Shown here one piece after another: positions 1 through 10,583 of a stretch of DNA of 64,000 bases; position 1 is the first letter of the stretch; each line of letters begins with the position of its first letter. The stretch is taken from NCBI GenBank assembly GCA_965218425.1, contig OZ244621.1, positions 2,560,001 to 2,624,000 of the forward strand. Reading direction: 5' to 3'. The position numbers and the translations under genes were made by a program. The notes beneath the pieces were generated by a model. That model was not told the origin of the DNA. It was given only the letters and a program-made list of their open reading frames with translations, and ran no database searches. The DNA is from an uncultured Candidatus Binatia bacterium. Lineage in GTDB: Bacteria; Desulfobacterota; Binatia; UBA9968; CAXXLF01.

Positions 1-1
1 G

Positions 2-721
2 CGCGCCCGTGGCCTGTGGGAACATCGTGGAAGGCAATCGGGCAGGTCTCGGGCCGCCAAGGCCGACTACCCGAAGAACGCGCCATCGGAATGCGACGAT
101 GCGGACAGGACCGAATACGCGCTCCGCATCTGGCAGGCAGCGGTCCCGGCACCGAACACCCTGGCTGAGAGCTACCTGCAATCGCGTGGGCTGCGCCTAC
201 CGCTCTCCTCGATCTTGCGTTTCCACGGCGGATTGAAGCACCCCTCGGGCGGCATATGGCCCGCCATGGTGGGGCTTGTCTCCCGAGGCCCGGACGATGC
301 CCCGCTGGCCGTACACCGCACGTTTCTGGCTCGGGACGGGTCTGGCAAGGCTCCGGTCGATCCCCAAAAAATGATGCTCGGCCCGTGCCGGAGTGGTGCG
401 GTCCGTCTCAGCCAGCCTGGTGACATGCTGATGGTTGGGGAAGGCATCGAGACGTGTCTCGCCGCGATGCAGGCGACGGGCCATCCGGCCTGGGCCGCGC
501 TTTTCACCTCGGGGCTGCGGGCAGTCGATCTGCCAGGGAGCGTGCGCGACGTGATCGTTCTCGCCGACGGAGACGATCCCGGCGAGGCCGCAGCCCGCGA
601 CTGCGCCCTGCGCTGGCAACGGCAGGGCCGGCGCGTACGCATCGCCCGACCACCACGCGGACAGGATTTCAATGACGTCTTGATAAGCACCGCATCCTGC
701 GACCGGGAGGGCTCGAAATGA
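2..721 (+). CDS. Toprim-domain primase-like protein of a phage satellite/integrative element (5' partial)
   Basis: Frame is open from the window start (…ALRIWQAAVP…ESYLQSRGL…RFH). Toprim motifs VGEGIET and VLADGD, C-terminal GQDFND. Overlaps the next gene (ATGA). Confidence 0.85.
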   Translation, partial: RARGLWEHRGRQSGRSRAAKADYPKNAPSECDDADRTEYALRIWQAAVPAPNTLAESYLQSRGLRLPLSSILRFHGGLKHPSGGIWPAMVGLVSRGPDDAPLAVHRTFLARDGSGKAPVDPQKMMLGPCRSGAVRLSQPGDMLMVGEGIETCLAAMQATGHPAWAALFTSGLRAVDLPGSVRDVIVLADGDDPGEAAARDCALRWQRQGRRVRIARPPRGQDFNDVLISTASCDREGSK

Positions 722-2463
722 CAACAGAAATGCTCGACAAAACCGAAACCCCGGATGACGGTCTGCACATGGCGCCGAATGACGACGAAAACCCAGTCGC
801 CGCCGCCATCGATGAGGCCGAGGAAATCACCGATCCCCTCGATGGGCTGATCGACCGAGTCGCCGACGATGCTGGCGCGCCCTTTGTCCCTGAGGTGCTC
901 GAACGGCTCTCTGCGATAAAAAAAGAAGACCGGGCTGCTTTTGAAGCGCTTCGAGCGAAGTTGAAGAAAGCCGGCTGCCGTGTCACCGCCCTCGACGAGG
1001 CTATCATGGAGGAGGATGGCGACGGTGGGCGAGGGCCGACCCAGGCCGACATTCTGATCGATCTGGCGGGCAAGGCTGAACTGTTCCATGCCGCCGACGG
1101 AACCGCTTTTGCCGATCTCGACATCAACGGTCACCGGGAAACCTGGCCGGTCCGCTCCAAGGGGTTCAAGCGGTGGCTGACGCGGCAATTCTACGAGGCG
1201 ACGCATGGCGCACCGAGTTCGGAGGCCCTGCAATCGGCCCTGAGCGTGGTCGAGGCGAAGGCGCATTTCGACGCCCCGGAACGGCCGGTTTACATCCGCG
1301 TCGGCGGGATCGACGAAAGCCTCTATCTCGACCTCTGTGATGAGACTTGGCGCGCCATCGAAATCACCACGACCGGATGGCGCGTGGTCGAGAACGCCCC
1401 GGTGCGGTTCCGCCGGGCCGCCGGGATGCAGCCCTTGCCGGTCCCGGTGCCGGGCGGCTCAGTCGAGACCCTGCGGTCCTTTCTCAACGTGCAATCGGAC
1501 AACGACTTCGTGCTCGTCGTTGCCTGGGCGCTGGCCGTGCTGCGCAATCGGGGTCCCTATCCCGTGATCGTGCTCTCGGGTGAGCAGGGTTCGGCCAAGT
1601 CCACCTTCTCAGCCATTCTGCGGTCGCTGCTCGATCCGAATACGGCTCCATTGCGCGCACTGCCGCGAGAGGATCGGGATCTGTTTATTGCTGCAAATAA
1701 CGGTCATGTGCTGGCCTTCGACAACGTATCGGGCCTGCCGCCCTGGATCTCCGATACGCTCTGCCGGCTGGCCACCGGCGGCGGGTTCGCCGTTCGGCAG
1801 CTCTACACCGACCAGGACGAGGTGCTGTTCGACGCGGCCCGCCCGGTGATCCTGAACGGCATCGAGGACATCGTGACCCGGCCCGATCTGGCCGACCGAG
1901 CGTTGTTCCTGACCCTGGAGGCCATCCCGGAGGAGCGACGCCGCCCCGAGGCGGAATTGTGGGCTGCGTTCTACGCCGAGCGCCCGCTCATTCTGGGCGT
2001 GCTGCTCGACGCGGTGGTTCAGGGCCTGAAGATGCTGCCCAATACAACGCTGGAACGGCTGCCGCGCATGGCGGATTTCGCGCTGTGGGCGACAGCCTGC
2101 GAGACGGCGTTGTGGCCCGCAGGAACTTTCTGGTCGGCTTACTGTGGCAACCGAGACGAGGCGGTCGAAAACGTGATTGAGGCCGATCCGGTCGCAGCCG
2201 CTGTCCGCGCTGTGATGGAGGAGCGGACGGAGTGGACGGGAACAGCGACTGATCTTCTGGGCGCCCTTGCAGAGGCAGCGGGAGAGCGCGTCGCCAAGTC
2301 GAAGACCTGGCCGGCCAGTCCTCGGGCATTGTCCGGTCGTTTGCGTCGGGCAGCGACCTTCCTTCGCAAGATCGGCATCGAGGTCGACCACGTCAAGGAA
2401 GGCCGGGCACGCACTAGGAACATTCACATCAAGACAAGAGGAAACTCCGGTGGCCCGGATTAG
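718..2463 (+). CDS. P-loop ATPase/putative replicative helicase coupled to the primase
   Basis: 581 aa. Walker A GEQGSAKS, Walker B LAFDN, and RLATGGG…RQLYT…VILNGI typical of SF3-like satellite helicases. Confidence 0.8.
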   Translation: MTTEMLDKTETPDDGLHMAPNDDENPVAAAIDEAEEITDPLDGLIDRVADDAGAPFVPEVLERLSAIKKEDRAAFEALRAKLKKAGCRVTALDEAIMEEDGDGGRGPTQADILIDLAGKAELFHAADGTAFADLDINGHRETWPVRSKGFKRWLTRQFYEATHGAPSSEALQSALSVVEAKAHFDAPERPVYIRVGGIDESLYLDLCDETWRAIEITTTGWRVVENAPVRFRRAAGMQPLPVPVPGGSVETLRSFLNVQSDNDFVLVVAWALAVLRNRGPYPVIVLSGEQGSAKSTFSAILRSLLDPNTAPLRALPREDRDLFIAANNGHVLAFDNVSGLPPWISDTLCRLATGGGFAVRQLYTDQDEVLFDAARPVILNGIEDIVTRPDLADRALFLTLEAIPEERRRPEAELWAAFYAERPLILGVLLDAVVQGLKMLPNTTLERLPRMADFALWATACETALWPAGTFWSAYCGNRDEAVENVIEADPVAAAVRAVMEERTEWTGTATDLLGALAEAAGERVAKSKTWPASPRALSGRLRRAATFLRKIGIEVDHVKEGRARTRNIHIKTRGNSGGPD

Positions 2464-2474
2464 GGAGGAGTGCA

Positions 2475-2659
2475 ACCGTCCGCACCGTCCGTATCGTCCG
2501 CGAACCCACAGAAAGGCAATGGAACCAACGCATTCGCGGAAAACAACAGGGGACGGTTGGAGACCTTGCGGACGGTAAGGGAGACGATGTCGGCACGGAA
2601 TCCGGCTCGACCGTCCGCGCCAAACCTTTGAAATCCAAGGGCACGGACGGTGCGGACGC
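2475..2659. repeat. Iteron-like short repeats (ccgtccgc/gcggacgg), putative replication origin
   Basis: Several direct and inverted copies of (c)cgtccg immediately downstream of the helicase. Confidence 0.55.
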
Positions 2660-2719
2660 AAAACCTCCCTCTTAATCCGGTCCAGAGAAAAAGGGCCAAC
2701 GGGGCTGGAGGGCGAAGAT

Positions 2720-3067
2720 ATGAAGGCGGCAGAGGCCCTCCGGACGGCTCGGACCACCGGTGTCGAAATCTCGCTCGACGGAAACGACCCGGTTCTCGAA
2801 GCTGCCTCACCTCCGCCGGAACGCGTTCTCGACGCCCTGTCCCGCAACAAGGCCGAGATTGTTGCCCTGCTGCGTCCCGATGTCGATGGTTGGTCGGCCG
2901 ACGACTGGCAGGTCTATTTCGACGAGCGGGCCGGGATCGCCGAGTTTGACGGCGGCTTGCCCCGCCCAGAAGCGGAGGCCCAGGCGTTTGCCTGGGCAAT
3001 GCCTATCACGCTCCCACTTCCACCAATCAAAAGCCCAAGTAGCTCCGCAATAGTTATTGGCTCATAG
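2720..3067 (+). CDS. Satellite-associated hypothetical protein, probably with a foreign 3' end
   Basis: Motif DWQVYFDERAGIAEFDGGLPRPEAE. Base composition changes near 3000. Confidence 0.55.
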   Translation: MKAAEALRTARTTGVEISLDGNDPVLEAASPPPERVLDALSRNKAEIVALLRPDVDGWSADDWQVYFDERAGIAEFDGGLPRPEAEAQAFAWAMPITLPLPPIKSPSSSAIVIGS

Positions 3068-3099
3068 GAAATCATGGGGACACCTCCCTGTATTCAAAG

Positions 3100-3478
3100 C
3101 TACCCCGAAGGCGTGGGCTTATCTAGTCCTTGTATTGCCTTGTCCACGTCCCGTGAGCAACGAACTAACATCTCCTCGTAGAGCCTTTCCCTGCCCATGC
3201 CGTTCCTATCCTTAGAGCAACGGCAGCAAGTGCTTCAAACGACGTTCTCGGTCACTATAGGTACTGGCTAGTATTATGGCGAGCATTTGAGCCTGAGTAT
3301 AGCTCGGCTCACCTCTTTTCAGTTTGGGCAATACGATTGCTTGCGCAAGTGGACGGAAACAAGGCTCATAGACGTTGGCCATTAACTCCGTCCTGATATC
3401 GTGGACAACATCGTGGCCAAGTGCCGGTGAGGCGAGGAAGCCACATAGAAGCGCGCAAGCTAGGACCCTGGGAAGCAT
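3100..3478 (-). pseudogene. Secreted hypothetical protein, frameshifted
   Basis: Signal peptide MLPRVLACALLCGFLASPALG. Coding appears to continue in another frame near 3213 (KDRNGMGRERLYEEMLVRCS…). Confidence 0.45.
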
Positions 3479-3491
3479 GAGAGAGATGGCG

Positions 3492-5147
3492 TCAATCTTC
3501 GGGGATGCGTCTTCCACCGAAAGCCGCCGTTAGATCATTGCGTTCAAGAGTGCCGCCCATGCCTTCGTGCTTGGGGCCAAAGAAAGCGCCGGTGACTATA
3601 CCCTCGTCTGCCGTGCGACAATTCCCCCCTACGAGACAATCCGCTATAACGAAAATACCACTACCCGTAAACGTGTTACCGTCTACAAGCACGTCATAGG
3701 CAAGGCTACCATTTCCCCATTGTGTGCCTGTCCCTTCCGGTGCCTGTCCGGCGGGCCAATACTCCAAGCCGCTGAAATTCAGACCGAGGGGGGTCATTGG
3801 AGTTTCAAGGTCAAGGCTAAGGGCCGCGTTACCGGCCACGCTCGCCGCATCAGGCGTCAGGCCAAGTATGTGGCCGGTCCATGTCGCTGATCCTGTCAGA
3901 CTTGGATTGTCGTTGAGATATGTTTCGGGGTGCATTCCAGCGGCCCAGGCTTGCGCGTGACCGTTCCCATGGTAAACGCCGAAATCGAGGTGACTGTCAC
4001 CTAGTCCCATGCGTCGTTGAAAGTGTATGGACGTGTCATTCCATGGCCCCATGTCGTTGAAGGCAACAAGCAGACCGGCACGGTCTATCGGGTAAAGAAC
4101 TCCACCCGACAGGTAGATTGGCCCGCTCCCTCGTTCCATGATGGATGATCCTTCCCCCGCATAGATTGGCGGCCCTTCGAGCTTTGCACCAAGAGCATCC
4201 TCGACGTGGCTCCACAGGCCAAGGGCATGGAGTATTTCATGGGTCACAGTTACAATGCGACTACCGTCCGGGTTGCTCTCGCGCATCACCACGGGCTCTC
4301 TAATCCATACCTCTGCCCCTAAATTGGCGAAGGGCACGGCCACTCCAGCGACAGGGCTTGGCCCGACATCCTCCCATCCCGGCCATTCACGTTGAGGAGC
4401 GAAGGTAACTGCGATCTCGTGGGCGCCCGGTTCTTCACCCAAGGGCTTGGGATTGGAATCAACGCGCATGCGGAATTGATGGGGCAGGGCTGAATTAATC
4501 GCTTGAACGGCCCGGATGGTCAGGTCGATCTCTTCCGGGGTCGTTCCCTCGCGGAAGCGTATGACAGCATCACGATTGACGCGATCGGACACAACCCCCA
4601 GTTGGTTTAGGTATTCCGTAACTGTAGTGTTTTTCGGATAGCTCTGCACGGTGTCATAGTGTTGACCAGGCGCAAGCTTGCTTTGATACCATCTCCCTGA
4701 TCTCATAGTTTTGGGCAACACGCCCACACTGAGATAATCCGGTATGGGATGACTTTTCGCATTGCTTCTCCACATGCTCACCTTGCCGCGCCCCGGATTG
4801 GGGTCGGGGTCTTGGTGAGTGTTGTTTATTGCTATGGTGATCTCCCAGTTACTGAGCATCTCGAAAGCGACCACTGGGGCTTGTTGGGTATCGCTGGCAT
4901 CCTGTAACGGTAAATCGAGTCGCCGCGCTTCCCCTTGGTCCCGCAACCGTAGAGCCTGCCGATTGTGGCGGCGGATATCCGCGATTTCTTCCGGGGTGCA
5001 TTCAGATGCCATGCACCCGGCAAAGGGCGGCTCCAAGACTGTCGACGGCCCATTGATGATAGGCCCGCCCCCGCCATTACTCGCGCTCCCGCCTCCGCAC
5101 CCGGCTAACAATAGTAGCGTGGCTGCAACGATGATGTGCAACATCAT
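3492..5147 (-). CDS. Lipoprotein with zinc-metalloprotease motif and C-terminal transferrin-binding-protein-like barrel
   Basis: Lipobox LLLAGC. HEILHALGLWSH with downstream SSIM (Met-turn-like). Ends GAFFGPKHEGMGGTLERNDLTAAFGGRR. Confidence 0.75.
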   Translation of the reverse strand: MMLHIIVAATLLLLAGCGGGSASNGGGGPIINGPSTVLEPPFAGCMASECTPEEIADIRRHNRQALRLRDQGEARRLDLPLQDASDTQQAPVVAFEMLSNWEITIAINNTHQDPDPNPGRGKVSMWRSNAKSHPIPDYLSVGVLPKTMRSGRWYQSKLAPGQHYDTVQSYPKNTTVTEYLNQLGVVSDRVNRDAVIRFREGTTPEEIDLTIRAVQAINSALPHQFRMRVDSNPKPLGEEPGAHEIAVTFAPQREWPGWEDVGPSPVAGVAVPFANLGAEVWIREPVVMRESNPDGSRIVTVTHEILHALGLWSHVEDALGAKLEGPPIYAGEGSSIMERGSGPIYLSGGVLYPIDRAGLLVAFNDMGPWNDTSIHFQRRMGLGDSHLDFGVYHGNGHAQAWAAGMHPETYLNDNPSLTGSATWTGHILGLTPDAASVAGNAALSLDLETPMTPLGLNFSGLEYWPAGQAPEGTGTQWGNGSLAYDVLVDGNTFTGSGIFVIADCLVGGNCRTADEGIVTGAFFGPKHEGMGGTLERNDLTAAFGGRRIPED

Positions 5148-5379
5148 TTCTCCTTTTCTTGGTTAGAGAAATATTCTGGCCAGGCCGGATTGCCGGGCCA
5201 TTTGCCATCACCGCACAGATTCATGTGTGGGGAAGTACTGCCTATTTATTCCAACTCGGGTAGCTAACCCGAGCCTTTGTGGAATTGTTGTATTCAGCAG
5301 ATAACCCGACTCACGGGAAATCTGCACAGTGATGGCGTAGGGGAATATAGGACAGCTTAAGAATGGGCGTCAAGTGGAA

Positions 5380-5457
5380 AGCGTCAAGTTCATTTGCCCG
5401 TCCAGCCCTTGCGCCTTGCCGGGTAGGTGGGCGAAACGCGGGGGGGTCTATGCCTTA
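5380..5457. repeat. Intergenic spacer repeat, copy 1
   Basis: catttgcccgtccagcccttgcgc…gccgggtaggtgggcgaa…ctatgcctta, shared with 8911-9010 and 15124-15194. Confidence 0.85.
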
Positions 5458-5615
5458 TGCCTTACCTTCACCGAGGGGAGAAACAGGCTTAAATCGAAAA
5501 TATGGGCTTCGTTCCTGATCAGTAACCCCGTAGAGTGGGAAATTGCCACGCCCTTCCGATCCTGGGCCGCGCCGCCGCCGGTCGTTTCTTTTCGCGGGGT
5601 CCGTTGTTTGTGATT

Positions 5616-5708
5616 TTGGTCTTGTCCGTGGAATGCGTGTCAAATCCTTTGGCATGCTTTCCATCTCTCTTTGAAATGCGCGACAAGTTTCTTGGTGCGC
5701 TTTTCATC
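5616..5708. repeat. 93-bp direct repeat, copy 1
   Basis: Matches 6323-6415 with 2 mismatches. Confidence 0.9.
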
Positions 5709-5964
5709 CGCCAGGTGGGGCTAGGTGAGGTCAACCTCAAGACCGACGCCCCTATCTTATCTAGGCAGTCTATGTCATCTCCTGTATGTTCCCGGAAGCC
5801 ATTGACTCCCGACCCCTCGAAATAGGGCCAATCGCGGGGCGTGTGGACCGTAGCCCTTTTTCCTGAACATCTTTTCCCCCATGATGTATTTCCCTTTCCT
5901 TGCGAAACATCACGAAATACCATGGCGATGGATCGCCACTCCGATAATCCGAGGGGGAAACATC

Positions 5965-6294
5965 ATGGGCTTTCAAGGAGGGAATCAAATGTTCAGGCAG
6001 CGCAAGTCGAATAACGGCCGCCGACCCACCAAGAGCGAAGCCGCCGATAGGCTCCTCTTGAGGAAGAAAGCCATCGCCATGATCGAAGCCAAGGCCCGCG
6101 AGCTGGTGACCGGATACCTCGGCTTCGCGATGGTGGACCCTGCAACCTCCCGTCATGCCATTGACAAGCTCTTTCCCGAAGGTCTTGAGTAGAACGCTCC
6201 CGAGAAGATCTCCATCGAAATCAAGCTGCGTCCATCCGCTGTGGAGCCTTCCCCCGAGAGCGCGAAGGTCATCGAGGGTGAGCTGTCCGAATGA
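5965..6294 (+). pseudogene. Small basic protein (weakly small-terminase-like) interrupted by an in-frame TAG
   Basis: RBS gaggggg. MGFQGGNQ…GRRPTK. TAG at 6190-6192, then the frame continues NAPEKISIEIKLRP…GELSE. Confidence 0.4.
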
Positions 6295-6322
6295 TTCCGA
6301 GCTTCCTTTAGTTTGTCTTTTC

Positions 6323-6415
6323 TTGGTCTTGTCCGTGGAATGCGTGTCAAATCCTTTGGCACGCTTTCCATCTCTCTTTGAAATGCGCGACAAGTTTCTT
6401 GGTGTGCTTTTCATC
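6323..6415. repeat. 93-bp direct repeat, copy 2
   Basis: Matches 5616-5708. Confidence 0.9.
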
Positions 6416-6908
6416 TTCGACCCTATGGAATCGACCCCAAAGGGGGCCAACGGGCGGGCGTGTCGATCATGCGCCCTTTTCCGATCCGAACCGGTCCGGT
6501 TCTTCTCCGGATGGTCGCTCAACGCCGCGCAGCCCACTACATGGCCGCAGTGCGGCCATTGTCCGAAGTGTTGGGCGCCTGTATCCTTCAAAACATCATG
6601 AAACATCGGGGCATTTAGGAAGGGGGCCGACTTGCCTGTTCTTATCCGTCTCCGAACTCTGATTCCGTGTGACTGGCATTCCGGTTTTGTTGAGGGCTTG
6701 CTGGTTTCCGTGAGGCTCTTAATCCGGCCTTACCAACAATCCGAATTCCGGTGTCCGGTTCCGAAGGATGAATGCACCCCTTTCTCCCAAAAAGAAGGAG
6801 TGCGTTCCTCCCTCCCTATCCCCTGTAGGGATGGTAGGAAACGTAGAGGGGCAAATCCCTTTGTTTATAAGGGTTTTTGGCCAAAGGTCGACAAGCTCTC
6901 CCAACCCG

Positions 6909-7795
6909 TCAACGATAAAGGTCCTTGGGCATGATTCGCCAGGGCACACAGTCCTTGTTCGGATTGCGGCCTAGCCGCTCAATGGTAGCCCCTCCTACCG
7001 CTTGAACTAGTCTAAGGTCCTTGCGGGCACGAACCGGCATATGGGCGCGGTTCGACTTTGAGGCATTTTTGACAACGTTGTCCGGGTAGCACAAGGCCGC
7101 CAGGTCATCGGCGTCATATTCGGGGTAACGTTCCCGCGCGGGGTTCGGCTCCCGCTCGCCGGTCCTGATAGCTCGCCTATCGTAAGGGGATTTAACAGAC
7201 ACGCCCCCCTTAGCGGTTATGACCTTCCCGTCGGGGTCTAAAATGTAACCTTCGCCGTCCCGCTTAGCTACGGGTCGGGTCGGTAAAATCAGATACCGCT
7301 GGTGGCCAACGGCGGCGTTGGGATTCGTGGTGCTGCCGTAGCGATCCCAATCGAAACACAAGGCCATGTAAGCGCGATAGGCACCCACGGAAAAACGAAA
7401 CGCACGAAGCACGTTGCGGTTGACTTGCAGCCCTACTCCGCTCCCACTGGGGAGGTGAGCTATAAAGCCTATCTTGTCGTCAAGCTTCCATCCTTGCCAC
7501 GCACTGACCATCAACGGGAAATAGCCGCCGTCCCGGTGGTCGTTCATGGGAACCCAAATATCGCGCAAACGCCCCAGGGCTCGCTTCAACGCGCCGCCGG
7601 TTTCAGGTTTGTTCTCTCGGTGTTTCTTAGGTCCCATTGGAGCCAATCGCCCGCGATCTCTCGCAGGTAAAAAGGCCCGACCTCGTGAAGGTGACCATTG
7701 CGGGCATGGGTAGGCACGGACATCAACGCCTCAATGAAGATGCACATCTCCGCAGGAGCGCGCCCGCCTTGCCGGTTTGACCGTCTACCTGGCAA
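6909..7795 (-). pseudogene. Mobile-element hypothetical protein (possibly replication-related), frameshifted and 5' truncated
   Basis: Overlapping ORFs 7586-7795 and 6909-7646 read as one protein. ttccg-rich repeats lie downstream at 6650-6770. Confidence 0.45.
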
Positions 7796-7856
7796 AACTC
7801 AACGCTCCATTTGACAATCGGCCATGATGGGAATAGATGGGAATATAGGAACGGGT

Positions 7857-8024
7857 ATGGACACTGGAGAATATGCCTCAATCGCTCTGAGCCTCATCAT
7901 TCTCGGTTTCATGTGGCAACTTCGCCGGGATCTCCACCGGGATATTGCAGACCTACGCGAACGCATGGCCCGGCTGGAAGGTTTGTTTGAAGGGTTAACT
8001 AGACGGGTCAAGCCCTTGGAGTAG
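7857..8024 (+). CDS. Small single-TM plus coiled-coil protein
   Basis: TTGACA at 7811. Hydrophobic N-terminus followed by DIADLRERMARLEG. Confidence 0.65.
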   Translation: MDTGEYASIALSLIILGFMWQLRRDLHRDIADLRERMARLEGLFEGLTRRVKPLE

Positions 8025-8107
8025 CCAACCCATATTCAAGGTAGCAATCATACTGTGGCTTAAATCGCAAGGGACTTACATGCCTAATTACACAAACCCG
8101 CCGTACT

Positions 8108-8641
8108 TTACTCAGTCGCGAACCTGATGTCCCATTCGCCAGCGCCGCCACCATCACCTGTACGCCCATACCAGCGGTTAATCCTTGGTTTCTTAATTAC
8201 CTCAGACGACACGGCCTTAGCGTTGTACCGCGCAATCGCAACGAAATGCAAACGGCACCCCCTCCGTAGGGGAAGTTTCAGGTCCCATTTCCCGGTCTTC
8301 GGATCTAAATGTACCGGATATTGTCCCCTGTGATTTGTCCTATAGAAAAGCAGTTTTTCGATGTCGGGGCGCCAATTCAATTTCCACTGAGGTTTGAATT
8401 TGATCTCGAAGATATCGGTGATTTCCTTTCCATCCACTATTACGAGGTCATGTATGAAGTTTCCACCCCTTGTATGCCATGTGGGTTCGACTATCACGTG
8501 GACACCGGAAAACTCTTCTTGGAGCACCTTGTGCAGAATTGCCTGAAGATTTCGCTCCGTCACGACGTATCCTTTGAGGTACTCCTTTCTGACACGAAGC
8601 CAAACCTTCCTGTAAAGCTTTTTTTTCGCTGCATCACTCAC
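8108..8641 (-). CDS. PD-(D/E)XK nuclease-fold protein
   Basis: ERNLQ…VIVE…HDLVIV…FEIK pattern. RBS aaaggagg. Confidence 0.6.
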   Translation of the reverse strand: MSDAAKKKLYRKVWLRVRKEYLKGYVVTERNLQAILHKVLQEEFSGVHVIVEPTWHTRGGNFIHDLVIVDGKEITDIFEIKFKPQWKLNWRPDIEKLLFYRTNHRGQYPVHLDPKTGKWDLKLPLRRGCRLHFVAIARYNAKAVSSEVIKKPRINRWYGRTGDGGGAGEWDIRFATE

Positions 8642-8910
8642 GCAAATCCTCCTTTCTTCCGCCGATCTTAGAAGAAATTACTTCCTTGAAAACCGGACTC
8701 CTACCCCACCGATGCCGTAAGATCCCGATATCGCAACCGCTTTCCACCCATATCCTGAACCATATGCCGCATCTTCTCTATCATATCAGACAAGCGGTCA
8801 TTGTGCCGTCCCGAAAACTTCCCAATGTACCGCCCCAGATGTTTGAAGCTCATTTTGTGAACGGTCTGCACAGGAGGGATGACCCCGCCCTATCGCCCCA
8901 CCCGATGCCA

Positions 8911-9010
8911 ACGGTGGCCTTAAAATCGGGTTAGCGTCAAACCCATTTGCCCGTCCAGCCCTTGCGCATTGCCGGGTAGGTGGGCGAATCGCGGGGGGGC
9001 CTATGCCTTA
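8911..9010. repeat. Intergenic spacer repeat, copy 2 (longest)
   Basis: Contains the stop codon of the 9008-9646 gene, two hairpins and a minus-strand TTGACG. Confidence 0.85.
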
Positions 9011-9646
9011 CCCTATCCAAATGGGAAGCTTGTCCTTGTGCTTAAGGAGAAGAAACGCTATCTCCTTGGCCGCGTAATCGAAGTAGTTCCCGCCGTTTCC
9101 ATCTGTGAAATAATCATGGCTTTTCAGGAACTTGCCCCGAGCTATGCTTACATGCAGCAGAGGGAAGATATTGATTTTATCAGGATCAAAGGCTTCAACC
9201 CGCCGTGTAAATTCCTGCCCTAATTCCTTTGTGGTCCAGTACTTGAATTTTCTTTCCTGATTTTTCTTCAAACTTAGCCTAGTAAATTCAAACGCAAATG
9301 CGCCAAATGCGAAGACCACTTTCGGAGTGTATGAAGTTAAATCATTGCCAAGATCGCACGTTTCTTTTCGGAGTTTCGGCTGCCATATAATGTCCTTACC
9401 TAATGGTTTATCTCTTGTGCTTTGAACTGCGTTTCGCACGTATAGCTGGGCGGTATTCACCCTTCGACGATCGGCCAAGAATACTCGTTCTTGAATACCA
9501 TCCAGAATCGGAGTCCAAATATTATGACGCGCGGGGTGCCTGGGATCGAGCGGACAATCGAGATCGTTCTCCCAATTTTTAGGGTTGGAGTCCCCAATCA
9601 GCCAAATGGGGAACTTCTTTAGACCAGATTCTCTCTTCATATTCAT
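9008..9646 (-). CDS. Uracil-DNA-glycosylase-superfamily-like protein
   Basis: IWLIGDSNP, YVRNAV, PKVVFAFG and PLLHVS occur in the order of UDG-fold motifs. Confidence 0.55.
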   Translation of the reverse strand: MNMKRESGLKKFPIWLIGDSNPKNWENDLDCPLDPRHPARHNIWTPILDGIQERVFLADRRRVNTAQLYVRNAVQSTRDKPLGKDIIWQPKLRKETCDLGNDLTSYTPKVVFAFGAFAFEFTRLSLKKNQERKFKYWTTKELGQEFTRRVEAFDPDKINIFPLLHVSIARGKFLKSHDYFTDGNGGNYFDYAAKEIAFLLLKHKDKLPIWIG

Positions 9647-9853
9647 TTTCTCCCTCCCTTCGTTTGCCATTACATGGCCACTTTGTCCCCTTGGCCTATG
9701 GTTTGATGGGTTCAGGGTCAAACGTTAATCTACCCCGCTAGGCTTTTTACTGGCAGGGCAGAATGAAAGGCCCGCTAGGCCCTTTTCCTCACAGGTTCTC
9801 GGTCTTGAATTTCTTGCAGCTTTATCAACTACGGAACTTCATAGTTCAAGGTC

Positions 9854-10332
9854 TTATTTATGTGGGGTTTCCAGGTACTTGAAGACCCCGTATCCCGCCC
9901 TGTCGTTGGTCTCGTCCATCACATACTCGATAGGGATGATTTGCAGCTTCTTCCATTGCGTGTATTCGGCAAAATGCAAGGTTCCTGTCAGAAAGAGGCC
10001 GACGGAAAAAATCGTGAGCCTGCTTTCCTTATCCTCCTCGCTCGGAAGCGGCAATCGTATTCCGACGTGAACCTGGAATCCGACGGCTGAAACAGGTTCG
10101 AGATCCCCATCATGATATCCGATTTCTTTTCTATCCTTGCAGAACCCTCCTGGTAATCAATTGCATTGTCTTCGGAATACTGCCTGGCAAACTTCTCACA
10201 ATACCCAGACACGGTGACATGGCGTCGTGAATCAACGGACCCACCTGCTCCAACCTCCTCACTGTTCCCGATGCCGGCGCCACAGCTCGCAAGAAGAACA
10301 ATCATAATGGATGCAGCATTTCTAATTGTCAT
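9854..10332 (-). pseudogene. Lipoprotein, frameshifted
   Basis: Lipobox LLASC. Frame switches near 10045 into ORF 9854-10054. Confidence 0.5.
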
Positions 10333-10583
10333 AGCAGGATATCTAACCGTCGCTATAGCGGTTGGAATCTTCTTATGGATCGTGGGGGTTTTCACGGGAA
10401 AAATAAAGGGTCGTCCATAAAGCATATGAGGCAGCACGGGAACGATGGGGACAAAATAACGGGCAAGGTCACCTAGCCCTGTCAAGCTTACCTACCTAAC
10501 AGGAATCAACGTTTTTCATTCATGTCGATTGCATGTTCATTGTCAACCACAATTGCCGTCTCAGCGGTTGATGTCTAGGGCTC

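Noticed and set aside
172..2999. Long antisense ORFs (172-1266, 1609-2850, 2460-2999)
   Set aside because: Shadows of GC-rich genes on the other strand, with no motifs.
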